Source of the DNA: an uncultured delta proteobacterium
Lineage (GTDB): Bacteria; Desulfobacterota; Binatia; UBA9968
DNA: 64,000 nt
Direction of reading: 5' to 3'
Assembly (NCBI GenBank): GCA_963727625.1
Contig: CAVSHR010000009.1
Coordinates: 384,001 to 448,000, forward strand
The notes under the pieces: generated by a model
The model's database searches: none
The model's input: only the letters and a program-made list of their open reading frames with translations
Told to the model about the DNA's origin: nothing
Shown here: piece after piece, positions 18,203 through 27,994 of the stretch
How the letters are laid out: each line of letters opens with the position of its first letter
Position numbering within the stretch: position 1 is the stretch's first letter
Position numbers and translations under genes: made by a program

Positions 18203-18923
18203 ACAAACACAGAGGAACAAGTCGCAAGTTGAGTTGAGTGGTAGGAAAGTCACGACCGGCATGAAACGTTGGACGACATACTTGAGCAGAGCTTGGATCA
18301 GCGCACTCCTGTGTCTGGCGCTGCTCATGCCGCGCCCGGTTTGGGCCGAGGACGTTCCGGTGCCGGCCAGCGTTCAAGTGCCGATCTTCCTCAAGGTGCT
18401 CACCTTCGACAGAAATTTTGACGAACGGGTCAAGTCGCAATTGAAGATCGGCATCGTGTACGCCGAGGAAGACCCTGAGTCCCGACAAGCCAAAGACAAC
18501 ATGGTGAAAATCCTCGATGGCTATGCGGACAAGACGATCAAGCAGCTGCCGATCACCTATGTTTTGATGCGCTACACGACCGAGCAGAATGTGGTGGAAT
18601 CTGCCAAGTCCCAGGGAGTTAACGTCCTTTACGTCACTCCGGGAAACGCCAAACATCTAGCGGCCTTGCTTCGAGTCAGTCAGAAGCTCCGAATCATCAC
18701 GGTCACCGGGGTGCCGCAGTACGTCGAACAGGGAGTCACGGTTGGTCTCGGTTTAAAGAGCGATAAGAAAACTCAAATACTGATCAATCTCAAGTCGTCG
18801 AAAATCGAAGGCGCGGCCTTCGACGCCAATCTGTTGAGACTCGCCACCGTGATGTAATAAATGCCGCAAGTCGGTGGCGTTAGAATCGCTGCCGCACAAA
18901 AACAGAGCAAAACTCTATGCGTG
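16084..18923 (+). repeat. Direct duplication, copy 2
   Basis: Matches 8858-11696. Confidence 0.92.
18261..18857 (+). CDS. YfiR/HmsC-family periplasmic protein, copy 2 (protein identical to copy 1)
   Basis: Translation identical to 11034-11630. Confidence 0.8.
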   Translation: MKRWTTYLSRAWISALLCLALLMPRPVWAEDVPVPASVQVPIFLKVLTFDRNFDERVKSQLKIGIVYAEEDPESRQAKDNMVKILDGYADKTIKQLPITYVLMRYTTEQNVVESAKSQGVNVLYVTPGNAKHLAALLRVSQKLRIITVTGVPQYVEQGVTVGLGLKSDKKTQILINLKSSKIEGAAFDANLLRLATVM

Positions 18924-21214
18924 GTTTTCGTACCCTGACCATTCAGCGCAAGCTCACCGTCATCATCATGTTGACGAGCAGCGTCGCGCTGTTCTTGGGC
19001 GCGGCCGGATATGGCATCTACGATCTGCTCTCTTTACGCCGCTCGATGGTAAGGGATCTTGGGATCCTGGCTGAAGTCATCGGCACCAACAGCAGGGCGG
19101 CATTGGTCTTCAACGATCAGAAGTCGGCTGAAGAGACGCTCGCAGCGATCGTCGCAGAAGAACATATCGTCGCGGCGATCCTCTACACCCATGATGGCAG
19201 GGTTTTCGCCAAATACCTGCGAAGCGACATCAAGGCTGGCTTTACCCCGCCAAGCGCCCAACCCGTTGGTTATGCTTTCGAGACCCATTATCTCAATATG
19301 TTTCAGCGTATCGAGCGTCAGGGTGAGGTGATCGGGACGATCTACTTACGGTCGGACCTGGGAATATTTTACTCTCGCTTGAAGGAATTAGTCGGCATCG
19401 GCGCACTGGTCATGTTGGCGGTATCCTTCGTGGCCTTTTTGCTGTCGTCCAGACTCCAAAAAATCATTTCCGGGCCGATTTTGCTGCTAACCCAGACCGC
19501 TCGTGTCGTTTCCGAGGACAAAGACTACTCGGTTCGCGCGGTCAAGACGAGTGACGACGAGCTGGGGTTTTTGATCGATCGGTTTAACGAAATGCTGGCG
19601 CGGATTCAGGATCGCGACGTGGAGCTGATGGCCGCGAAGGAAAACGCGGAGAGCGCGACCCGTGCCAAATCGGAGTTCCTCGCTAGCATGTCGCACGAGC
19701 TTAGGACGCCTTTGAACGCGATTATCGGATACAGCGAGATGCTGGAGGAAGAGGCCGGCGACCTTGGACAGGAGGAATTCATTCCCGACCTCAAGAAGAT
19801 TCAAAGCGCAGGCAAGCATCTGATGTCGCTGATCAACAACATCCTCGATCTTTCCAAGATCGAAGCCGGCAAGATGGATCTCTACTTGGAACAGTTCGAG
19901 ATCGCGCCGATGATTGACGAAGTTGCCAGCATGGTCAAACCGCTGGTCGAAAAAAACGCCAACCACTTGCAAGTAATCTACGCACCCGATCTCGGCAAAA
20001 TGACGGCGGATCTCACCAAGGTCCGTCAGACGCTATTTAATCTGGTCAGTAACGCTTGCAAATTCACTGAGCGCGGCAAGGTGGCCCTCGGCGCCGCGCG
20101 CAAGCATGACGGGACTGGAGACTGGATAGACTTTACCGTTGCCGACACGGGCATCGGCATGACTCCCGAGCAGGCCGCCAAAATCTTTCAGCCCTTCACC
20201 CAAGCCGATGCATCAACCACGCGTCGCTACGGCGGGACCGGTTTGGGACTGGCCATTAGCCAGAGATTTTGCGAAATCATGGGTGGATCAATAAATGTCT
20301 CCAGCGAGCCTGGACACGGATCAACGTTCACGGTACAACTGCCGGCTCTCGTGATGGATTCCGTCAGTGGCGGGGCCTCCGTCGAATCCGCTGAGAAACC
20401 AGCGGCTAAGACATTGCCAACCAGCGATGGCAGTCCGTTGGTATTAGTCATCGACGATGACCCCACGGTACATGACTTGATGGGCAAGTTTCTCAAAAAA
20501 GAAGGGTTGCGCATGGCGGCAGCGACGCGCGGCGAAGAGGGCTTGCTTCTCGCCAAAGAATTGCATCCGTCGCTAATCACCTTGGACGTGATAATGCCTG
20601 GACTGGACGGCTGGATGGTGCTGGCGGCACTCAAAGCGGACGCTGCGTTGTCCGATATTCCGGTCGTCATGATGTCGATTACCGACGAGCATCAGAAGGG
20701 ATATGCTCTGGGCGCGGCCGAGTATCTGACCAAACCGATCGACTGGGACCGATTTGCCAACGTCTTGCAAAAATATGAGCAAGCTCTTGTCCCTCATCGG
20801 ATCTTGATCATAGAGGACGACGAAGCCATGCGCGCTCTCTTGGCGCGGCGTTTGGAAAAGGATAAATGGACGGTCGTCGAAGCCGCCAATGGCCGGACAG
20901 CGTTAGAACAAATACAAAAGATGCCTCCCGATCTGATCTTGCTTGATTTGATGATGCCGGAAATGGACGGCTTTCAATTCTTAGAGGAGTTGCGCAAAAG
21001 GGCAGACTGGAGATCGATTCCTATCATTGTCCTAACCGCCAAAGACCTGTCTAGCCAGGATCACCAACGACTCACAGGCTCGGTGCAGAAAATTCTCCAA
21101 AAAGGCGCCTATAGCCGAGATGATCTGTTCAATCAGGTCCACGACTTGATTGCCGCGTCGGTGCACCAAAAAATCCGTCAAGGTATCTCCCATGGCGAAA
21201 ATTTTACTGGTTGA
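18917..21214 (+). CDS. Hybrid sensor histidine kinase: TM-CHASE8-like-TM-HAMP-HisKA-HATPase-REC-REC
   Basis: [18 protein letters not shown] periplasmic motif; [18 protein letters not shown]; [10 protein letters not shown]-box; N/G1/F/G2 boxes; two receiver domains. Confidence 0.92.
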   Translation: MRGFRTLTIQRKLTVIIMLTSSVALFLGAAGYGIYDLLSLRRSMVRDLGILAEVIGTNSRAALVFNDQKSAEETLAAIVAEEHIVAAILYTHDGRVFAKYLRSDIKAGFTPPSAQPVGYAFETHYLNMFQRIERQGEVIGTIYLRSDLGIFYSRLKELVGIGALVMLAVSFVAFLLSSRLQKIISGPILLLTQTARVVSEDKDYSVRAVKTSDDELGFLIDRFNEMLARIQDRDVELMAAKENAESATRAKSEFLASMSHELRTPLNAIIGYSEMLEEEAGDLGQEEFIPDLKKIQSAGKHLMSLINNILDLSKIEAGKMDLYLEQFEIAPMIDEVASMVKPLVEKNANHLQVIYAPDLGKMTADLTKVRQTLFNLVSNACKFTERGKVALGAARKHDGTGDWIDFTVADTGIGMTPEQAAKIFQPFTQADASTTRRYGGTGLGLAISQRFCEIMGGSINVSSEPGHGSTFTVQLPALVMDSVSGGASVESAEKPAAKTLPTSDGSPLVLVIDDDPTVHDLMGKFLKKEGLRMAAATRGEEGLLLAKELHPSLITLDVIMPGLDGWMVLAALKADAALSDIPVVMMSITDEHQKGYALGAAEYLTKPIDWDRFANVLQKYEQALVPHRILIIEDDEAMRALLARRLEKDKWTVVEAANGRTALEQIQKMPPDLILLDLMMPEMDGFQFLEELRKRADWRSIPIIVLTAKDLSSQDHQRLTGSVQKILQKGAYSRDDLFNQVHDLIAASVHQKIRQGISHGENFTG

Positions 21215-21569
21215 AGACAACGAGATGAACCGCGACATGCTGTCGCGCCGTTTGCAGCGGCGCGGCTACGAAGTGGTGGTTGCCGTTGACGGTGAACAAG
21301 GAGTGGCGCTGGCTCAAACGGTAATCCCCGACCTCATATTAATGGATATGAGTTTGCCGATCCTCGACGGTTGGGAAGCGACTCGGCAGATTAAATCCGG
21401 CACCCGGACCCAGTCGATTCCTGTTATCGCCTTGACGGCACATGCCATGGTGGGTGATCGAGACAAAGCCATTGAAGCGGGATGCGATGACTACGATACT
21501 AAGCCCATCGATCTGACGCGCCTGTTGGAGAAAATGGACAAGATTTTAAGCAAAGCCGGACGGGGATGA
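21192..21569 (+). CDS. Single-domain response regulator (DivK/CheY-like)
   Basis: ILLVEDN, DLILMDM.LP, ALTAHAM, YDTKPI. Confidence 0.92.
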   Translation: MAKILLVEDNEMNRDMLSRRLQRRGYEVVVAVDGEQGVALAQTVIPDLILMDMSLPILDGWEATRQIKSGTRTQSIPVIALTAHAMVGDRDKAIEAGCDDYDTKPIDLTRLLEKMDKILSKAGRG

Positions 21570-22642
21570 ATAGTAAAAACGATCAAGAAGAACCGGCGCA
21601 GAAGACGGCGCCGGCGGCGGACGAAAACGCCGCAAGCGCAGCAGCCCAGCTCTCCAACCAAGCCTTGGCGGACGCCCGCCATTCTCTGCGCACCCCGCTC
21701 AATCATATCATCGGCTACAGTGAGATGCTGATCGAAGAGGCCGAAGAAAATCATCTGGAACGTTTTGCTGCCGACCTGCATAAGATTCACGCCGCGGGAA
21801 AGCAATTGCTTGGCGCGCTTGATCAATTCTTGGGCGCGAAGCCGAAGCAAAGCAAGTCGAGCCGCACGAACGAAATAAATGTTCTTGGTGAACTTGCTCC
21901 AAAACCATTGGCGCTGGTCGAGAACATACCTGACGTTACTCGTTCCGGTCTCATTCTGGTCGTCGATGACGACCCTGGCAACCGCGATATTTTGGCGCGC
22001 CGCCTCGAACATGAGGGCTACACGCTTAAGTGCGCGGTCGATGGCAAGGACGCGCTGGAGCGTTTGGCAACGGATGCGATAGACTTGATCCTGCTCGACG
22101 TGATGATGCCAGGGATGAGTGGCTACGAAGTGCTTGATACGATTAAGCAAGACACCCGGTGGCACGATATCCCAGTGATCATGATTTCCGCCTTGGATGA
22201 TCTGCAAAGCGTCGTGCGCTGCATCGAACACGGTGCGGAAGATTACCTACCCAAACCCTTCGACCCGGTCCTCCTGCGCGCGCGCATCGGCGCCTGCATG
22301 GAAAAGAAACGACTGCGAGATCAGGAAGTCCTATATTTAAAGGACGTTGCCCAGGTAACCGAAGCCGCTGCAACGGTCGAAGGAGGCGATTTCGTCCCGG
22401 AAAGCCTGATCTCTGTAGCGGCGCGCGGCGACGAGCTCGGCCGCTTGGCGAGGGTGTTTCAACGCATGGCACTAGAAGTGCAAGCGCGGGAGCAGCGTTT
22501 AAGACAACAGATTCAACAGCTGCGCATCGAGGTCGACGACGCGAGAAAATCCCAGCAGGTTGCCGAGATCACCGAGACCGATTACTTCCACGATCTGCGC
22601 GAGAAGGCCCGCACGCTGCGCAATAAAGTGCGCGGCTCTTAG
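21566..22642 (+). CDS. Response regulator: HisKA-like DHp + REC + HAMP-like + coiled-coil tail
   Basis: [18 protein letters not shown] without HATPase; REC; RGDELGRLARVF; QVAEITETDYF tail. Confidence 0.8.
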   Translation: MNSKNDQEEPAQKTAPAADENAASAAAQLSNQALADARHSLRTPLNHIIGYSEMLIEEAEENHLERFAADLHKIHAAGKQLLGALDQFLGAKPKQSKSSRTNEINVLGELAPKPLALVENIPDVTRSGLILVVDDDPGNRDILARRLEHEGYTLKCAVDGKDALERLATDAIDLILLDVMMPGMSGYEVLDTIKQDTRWHDIPVIMISALDDLQSVVRCIEHGAEDYLPKPFDPVLLRARIGACMEKKRLRDQEVLYLKDVAQVTEAAATVEGGDFVPESLISVAARGDELGRLARVFQRMALEVQAREQRLRQQIQQLRIEVDDARKSQQVAEITETDYFHDLREKARTLRNKVRGS

Positions 22643-22694
22643 GAAACGGAAACTAGCGACGTAAAATTTTCCAGATTCGCAACCCGAGAGCGCC

Positions 22695-23450
22695 ATGCCC
22701 ATAATTGTTTCCATACACTCCTATCGAGGCGGTACGGGGAAATCGAATTGCACTGCCAATCTTGCGGTTCTGTTGGCCGCCAAGGGCTGGCGCGTCGGCG
22801 TCGTTGATACCGATATTCAATCACCCGGGATTCATGTATTGTTTGGTTTGGACGAATCTGTGATCGTCTATTCGCTGAATGACTATCTCTGGGGTCGCTG
22901 CGAGATTCGGGACGCGGCTTACGATGTCAGCGAACGATTGGAACAGCGGATTTCGGGCCGGATTTATCTTATTCCGTCCAGCATCAAGGCCGGCGAAATC
23001 GCCCGCGTGCTGCGCGAAGGTTACGACGTGAGTCTGCTCAATGACGGCTTCCACGATTTAATCGCTGCGCTCAATTTGGACGCGCTGCTGATCGATACCC
23101 ATCCAGGGCTGAACGAAGAAACGCTCTTATCGATTGCCGTCTCGGACACGCTCCTGATTATCCTCCGCCCGGATCAACAGGACTACCTCGGCACCGGTGT
23201 CACCATCGAAGTGGCGCGCCAGCTCAGCGTGCCCCGAATGCTCATGATCGTTAACAAAGTGCCAGCCGCATTCGACAGCGCCGAAGTGATATCCCGGGTT
23301 GAAGAAACGTACAAATGCCCGGTAGCAGGCGTCTTGCACCATGCCGATGAAATGATGGCATTGGGTAGCGCGGGGATCTTTGTGCTGCGCTATCCCGATC
23401 ATCCGGTCTCGGCCGTGTTGAGGCAAGTCGCAGAAGTATTAGTGAAGTAG
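22695..23450 (+). CDS. MinD/ParA-family ATPase
   Basis: HSYRGGTGKS deviant Walker A; VDTDIQSPG; LIDTHPG; IVNKV. Confidence 0.85.
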   Translation: MPIIVSIHSYRGGTGKSNCTANLAVLLAAKGWRVGVVDTDIQSPGIHVLFGLDESVIVYSLNDYLWGRCEIRDAAYDVSERLEQRISGRIYLIPSSIKAGEIARVLREGYDVSLLNDGFHDLIAALNLDALLIDTHPGLNEETLLSIAVSDTLLIILRPDQQDYLGTGVTIEVARQLSVPRMLMIVNKVPAAFDSAEVISRVEETYKCPVAGVLHHADEMMALGSAGIFVLRYPDHPVSAVLRQVAEVLVK

Positions 23451-23474
23451 TCTGGAAACCCACGGAAAATCACC

Positions 23475-25988
23475 TTGAGCGCCCAATCCGCAAACTACTA
23501 CGCCGAAATTTTAGCCAAGGTAAAACTCTTCGCCGGCCTCGAGCGGGTCGATTTTGCGCGCTTGGCGGGTTACGCCGAGTCGCAGCCGGTAAAAGACGGC
23601 ATTACGGTATGCCGCGAGGGGGACAAGCTTGACTGTATTTACGTCGTCGCGCGCGGCGCCTTCGGCATATTTGCGTCAACACCCGACGGTCTTGGTGAAG
23701 TGCGGCGGGAAGGTTTGGCGCCGGGCGATTTTTTCGGTGATATGGCGCTCATCGATGACGCGGCCGTAGCACCCACCGTGCGCGCTGAATCCGAAGGCGA
23801 ACTCTTGCGCTTGGACCGCGCGCGCGTGATCGAATTCCTTCATTTGCAGCCGACGACTCTCCGCGCGGTAACCGCGATTTTGCACCGCGGCCAAACACAG
23901 AACGACACGCCAAGCGCTACGCCGGCGCGAAAGCGCGGGGGAGCGGCGCAACGCAGTGTGGCGCAGGAGCGTATGGCCCGCGCGCTGATGATGGTCGAGC
24001 TCGGACGCTTGCCAGCCGAGCGCCTCAACCGAGTATTACAAGCCAGCGTGTTGGAGGAAGTTTCTTTACCGGCGTTACATCTGCTTTTTAACGAAGCAGC
24101 GGATGTGGTTGCCCGCGACTTGAGCGAGCTAGGTATCCGGCGCGACCGCAACAGCAAGTCCACGCTGCAAGCGTTGCGCGTGCGATTCGAACAAGAACAC
24201 GGCAAAGAAGCGACCGCAGAATTTCTTCGGAACGCCATCGAAAGCTTAACTGGCGCGCAGCGCTGGGACGAAGCGTTGGCAATCTTAAATCGCATCGGTG
24301 ACCGCACACACTTGGTCAAAACCCTGGGTGAAGCGCTCCGCGCCACCCCGCCCTTGTCTAGCGAGCGCGCAAAACAGTGGCTGGAATCGCTCAGCGATGA
24401 CGATACATTAGCCGATGGCCAAGTGCTGCTTGGGCGCGCCGCCAAATTGGAAAGCCAAGGCGAGCGGGAAGCGGCGGCGCGCTTGCTGCGGCGCGGGCTC
24501 GGAAGCGGTCTGGCCGGCGCCGATCCGATCATCGGCCAGCAAATGGCGAGCGAGCTGTCGCGTCTGGCCACCGAGGCAACCAAACCGCGAGGAAGCTCGA
24601 CGCGCAAAGGCAACGCTACAGGAAACATCGTTGCGATCAGCGTTTCTGTGCTGCTCGCCATCATCGCGGCATTCTTGGGACCGGCCAATGCTCAAGGAAA
24701 ATTTCTATTGCTGCTGCCGGCGGGTCTGGTGCTTTGGATCAGCGGGGTCTTGCCGGAATTTGCCGCCGGATTCCTTCTCGTAAGTTCCTGGGTTCTATTC
24801 GGTGTCGTTAAGCCGGCGCAGGCAATGGCAGGTTTCGCGTCATCAAATTGGGTCTTTGTGGTTTCGATACTTGGGCTGGCAGCGGCAATTTCTAGCTCTG
24901 GACTTTTGTTTCGAGTCGGTTTGCTGCTCGTGCGTCGCATGCCTCACAGCTTGTTTGGACAATCTTTAACTCTATTGCTCACGGGTGTTATCTTGTCACC
25001 CCTGCTGCCGCAGAATAAGGGTCGAGTAACCCTAACCACTCCGCTTGCGCTTAGCCTGAGTGACGCTCTTCGCTTAAAGGAGCGGAGTCCGGCCGCGGTC
25101 GTGTTAGGCATGGCGACCTGGGTGGGCTCGACTCAACTTAGTTTTATGTTCTTAAACGGCGGGGCACTTAATCTCTTGGCGTGGGGACTTTTGCCCGAAG
25201 GCAGCCGTTTTCACTTCGATTGGATTCGCTGGCTCATCGCCGCTGCGCCACTCGGGATATTCGCTGGCATAGGAGTCCTCGCGAGCATGTTCCTGGTACT
25301 TCGGCCCAAAGCCACTACTGGCGTTTCACGTGAGCGAGTCAACTTCCAACTTGCCGTCCTTGGGCCTTTCACGAAACGCGAGTGGATCATGACATTGATA
25401 ATTATCCTAATGGTGATCGGCTGGGCAGGTGCCACCGTGTTTCGTTTGGACATGGGCGTGATTGCATTGCTTGGGCTACTCGCCTCGGTGGCAACTGGGA
25501 TCTTCGATAAAAAAGCGTTCAATCAGCTCGACTGGAACTACCTGATTTTATTTGGCGTGATCGCAGGAGTTTCCCAAATCATTGCTTCCCTGGGACTGGA
25601 TAAAACTTTAGCCGAAGTCGCCGGCACAGCTCTCCTTCGATTTGGCCATCAACCGTTTTTCGTTATCCTAGGCATAGCGAGTCTGAGCATGCTTCTCAAC
25701 CTGCTATTATCGCAACAAACAGCACTACTGATAATTGGTGTCACCTTAATTCCCGTTGCTCCGCTGATCAGTATGGAGCCATGGGTTGTTATCGTCACAG
25801 CTTTGTCAGTCTCTTCCATGTGGTTTTTGCCCACCCAGACCACAAGCTATTTATTGGCATACTCGACATCAGAAGGCAAACTTTTTTCCCATAGCCAAGC
25901 ACGCCAAGTTTCGTTTATCTTCGCGGCCGTGATACTCGTGGGATTGGTTCTTACGGTTCCATACTGGCGTTGGCTTGGTTTGCTTTAG
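23475..25988 (+). CDS. cNMP-binding domain + helical linker + SLC13/DASS-type permease
   Basis: LFAGL...VCREGD...YVV.RG...GDFFG cNMP fold; many TM helices with DASS-like motifs (GFASS.W, LDWNYLILFG). Confidence 0.75.
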   Translation: MSAQSANYYAEILAKVKLFAGLERVDFARLAGYAESQPVKDGITVCREGDKLDCIYVVARGAFGIFASTPDGLGEVRREGLAPGDFFGDMALIDDAAVAPTVRAESEGELLRLDRARVIEFLHLQPTTLRAVTAILHRGQTQNDTPSATPARKRGGAAQRSVAQERMARALMMVELGRLPAERLNRVLQASVLEEVSLPALHLLFNEAADVVARDLSELGIRRDRNSKSTLQALRVRFEQEHGKEATAEFLRNAIESLTGAQRWDEALAILNRIGDRTHLVKTLGEALRATPPLSSERAKQWLESLSDDDTLADGQVLLGRAAKLESQGEREAAARLLRRGLGSGLAGADPIIGQQMASELSRLATEATKPRGSSTRKGNATGNIVAISVSVLLAIIAAFLGPANAQGKFLLLLPAGLVLWISGVLPEFAAGFLLVSSWVLFGVVKPAQAMAGFASSNWVFVVSILGLAAAISSSGLLFRVGLLLVRRMPHSLFGQSLTLLLTGVILSPLLPQNKGRVTLTTPLALSLSDALRLKERSPAAVVLGMATWVGSTQLSFMFLNGGALNLLAWGLLPEGSRFHFDWIRWLIAAAPLGIFAGIGVLASMFLVLRPKATTGVSRERVNFQLAVLGPFTKREWIMTLIIILMVIGWAGATVFRLDMGVIALLGLLASVATGIFDKKAFNQLDWNYLILFGVIAGVSQIIASLGLDKTLAEVAGTALLRFGHQPFFVILGIASLSMLLNLLLSQQTALLIIGVTLIPVAPLISMEPWVVIVTALSVSSMWFLPTQTTSYLLAYSTSEGKLFSHSQARQVSFIFAAVILVGLVLTVPYWRWLGLL

Positions 25989-26104
25989 AAATTACATCCT
26001 CCGAACTGATTTTAATTGCCGGAAGTGACTGCGATTCTGCTGGGGCAAGACAACCCCAAGGGTTTGGTTGGCATCGCCGATTCGAGCCGCCTGACGGCAA
26101 AAGG

Positions 26105-26209
26105 TTACATATCCGCCTTTACCCCATTCTTAGCGCGCTCGTCAGCAAACATCTTTTTTATCCACTCGTCGCCTTCTTCAAACTCGATCTGCTCGACGCC
26201 GCGCTCTTC
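26105..26209 (-). pseudogene. 105-bp diverged duplicate of the cupin gene 3' end
   Basis: Encodes EERGVEQIEFEEGDEWIKKMFADERAKNGVKADM*, matching 26789-26893. Confidence 0.85.
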
Positions 26210-26292
26210 GTCCGGGTATCATCGTGCAGAAATTTAGGCAGAGCGTTATCGGCGCTATGGCTCCGGCGAGTTTTGCGCTATCATTGGAACTT

Positions 26293-26532
26293 ATGAGTCC
26301 TACGGTCTTCCGAGAAAAAGGATATCGGTTTTATTTCTTTTCTCGCGAGGAATCACGAACTCATGTTCACGTGTATTGCGGCGACGGAGAAGCAAAATTC
26401 TGGCTAGATCCGCAAATCGAATTGGCGAGAAACTATCGCTTGACAAGGACCCAGATCAAGGAGATCGAATTAATTATCGAGGATCACTACGATGAGCTTA
26501 AGCGCGCTTGGCAAGAACACTTTCCCGATTGA
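26293..26532 (+). CDS. DUF4160-family protein (TA-like pair)
   Basis: MSPTVFREKGYRFYFFSREE..HVHV....EAKFWL. Confidence 0.85.
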   Translation: MSPTVFREKGYRFYFFSREESRTHVHVYCGDGEAKFWLDPQIELARNYRLTRTQIKEIELIIEDHYDELKRAWQEHFPD

Positions 26533-26752
26533 AGTTACCCAGGTTTCGAGCCATGGCATTTGGTTGTTAACCAATGACCACGAGCTGTTCATATCTTATG
26601 AGCATTTTCCATGGTTTAAAGATGTTTCCGTGGGAAAGATTCTCAACGTCCAAGAACCAACTCCTGGCCACTTTTATTGGCCTGATCTCGACGTCGATCT
26701 GAGCGAAGAAATCATCGCCCACCCAGAGAGGTTTCCTTTAAAATCCAAGTAG
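26492..26752 (+). CDS. DUF2442-family protein (TA-like pair)
   Basis: HGIWLL...FPWFKD...HFYWPDLDVDL. Confidence 0.85.
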   Translation: MSLSALGKNTFPIEVTQVSSHGIWLLTNDHELFISYEHFPWFKDVSVGKILNVQEPTPGHFYWPDLDVDLSEEIIAHPERFPLKSK

Positions 26753-26760
26753 CTGAGAGA

Positions 26761-26777
26761 CGGGTTTACGAAACCCG
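26761..26777. terminator. Hairpin between convergent genes
   Basis: cgggttt-acg-aaacccg. Confidence 0.45.
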
Positions 26778-26788
26778 GAGCAGGTGTT

Positions 26789-27841
26789 TCACATATCCAC
26801 TTTCACCCCATTCTTAGCGCACTCCTTGGCAAACATTTGCCGCATCCACTGGTCGCCTTCCTCGAACTCGATCTGCTCGACGCCGCGCTCTTCCCCTTGC
26901 ACCGCCGTGTTGGCGTGCAGGGCGACGAACTTACAGGGCTGGTTGCCCGTGTTGTAATGCTGGTGCCAGGCGCCCGCCGGCGGCGAGATCACCGTGCCTT
27001 CATGCCAGTCGTAGCGTTGCGGCTTTTCGCCATCCTGCCACATCAGCGTGTATCCGGTGGAGTCGAGCAGAAACACATGGGCGCCGGGACCGTGGCGGTG
27101 GGCTTTTTTGTAACGGCCGACGGGGAACTCCGAAACATGGGCGAGCATGGAACCTCCCGACATGTGGATATACATATTGCGCGTGCCCTTGCCGCGTTTT
27201 TCCCTCGGCACTAGATTGATCTTGCGGATGTCTGGAATGAAGTTGGAATGCAGGATGCCGCCGTAATATTCCGTGAAGTACTTGCCTTCCTTTGAAAAAA
27301 ATTCGGGATCGCCGGGGTCGAAGCGGTCCTTGAATTGATAATTGGTATTATAGATAAATTCCGGATCGCGGTAGAGCTCGAAGGCCACGGGCTGGCTGGT
27401 AAGCGCAAAATACCGGCAGGGCTCCGTGCCGCTGGCGTTGAAGTGTTGAAACCACGAGTTGAGCGGGATGGCGAACGTCGAACCTCTTTCCCACTCGAAG
27501 GTCCGCTTCGCCGTGCCTTCGTACCAGATCGACGTGGCGCCCCGTCCCGCGGCGACCGTGACAATCTCTTCGTAAAGTTGGCGCTGCGGCTGGGCTTGCT
27601 TTCCCGGATCGATCTCCGCGATGTAGGCGTCGGCGACCATTTGATCCGAAAAAGTGCAGATCGCGCCGTTGCAGCCTTTGCGCTTCCAGTCGCCGAGCTT
27701 TTCGGTACGTACGTCCTGGACAAAGGCGCCGCCGATAATAGGCACGCCCTCGGACTCGATCCATTTCCTATAAGGACTGTACTTGTCCAGCATGAATTGG
27801 ACATAGGGATGAACTTCAAATTCCTTCGTAGGTCCCGCCAT
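26789..27841 (-). CDS. Bicupin protein (gentisate-dioxygenase-like cupin)
   Basis: GAGGAGG RBS; QRQLYEE...WFQHFN and KAHRHGPG...WHQHYN cupin motifs. Confidence 0.8.
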   Translation of the reverse strand: MAGPTKEFEVHPYVQFMLDKYSPYRKWIESEGVPIIGGAFVQDVRTEKLGDWKRKGCNGAICTFSDQMVADAYIAEIDPGKQAQPQRQLYEEIVTVAAGRGATSIWYEGTAKRTFEWERGSTFAIPLNSWFQHFNASGTEPCRYFALTSQPVAFELYRDPEFIYNTNYQFKDRFDPGDPEFFSKEGKYFTEYYGGILHSNFIPDIRKINLVPREKRGKGTRNMYIHMSGGSMLAHVSEFPVGRYKKAHRHGPGAHVFLLDSTGYTLMWQDGEKPQRYDWHEGTVISPPAGAWHQHYNTGNQPCKFVALHANTAVQGEERGVEQIEFEEGDQWMRQMFAKECAKNGVKVDM

Positions 27842-27976
27842 AAACCATAACCTCCTCATGGGCCCGATGACAGCGAAGTTACAGCGCGCATGGAAGCCCT
27901 GTCAATTCGCTGCCCGCCGTCACGACGGCGCCGGGATGACCGCCTGCTTGTTGACAAGAAAATTTCACTACGATAA

Positions 27977-27994
27977 ATGAAACAAAAGTTTCAT
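27977..27994. promoter_or_regulatory. Palindromic operator candidate overlapping the RpiR start codon
   Basis: atgaaac-aaaa-gtttcat; TTGACA at 27951. Confidence 0.5.

Noticed and set aside
22695-23450. Cell-division minD or chromosome-partition parA
   Set aside because: No minC/minE or parB, no obvious C-terminal membrane-targeting helix, and Arg in the signature position; no gene symbol assigned
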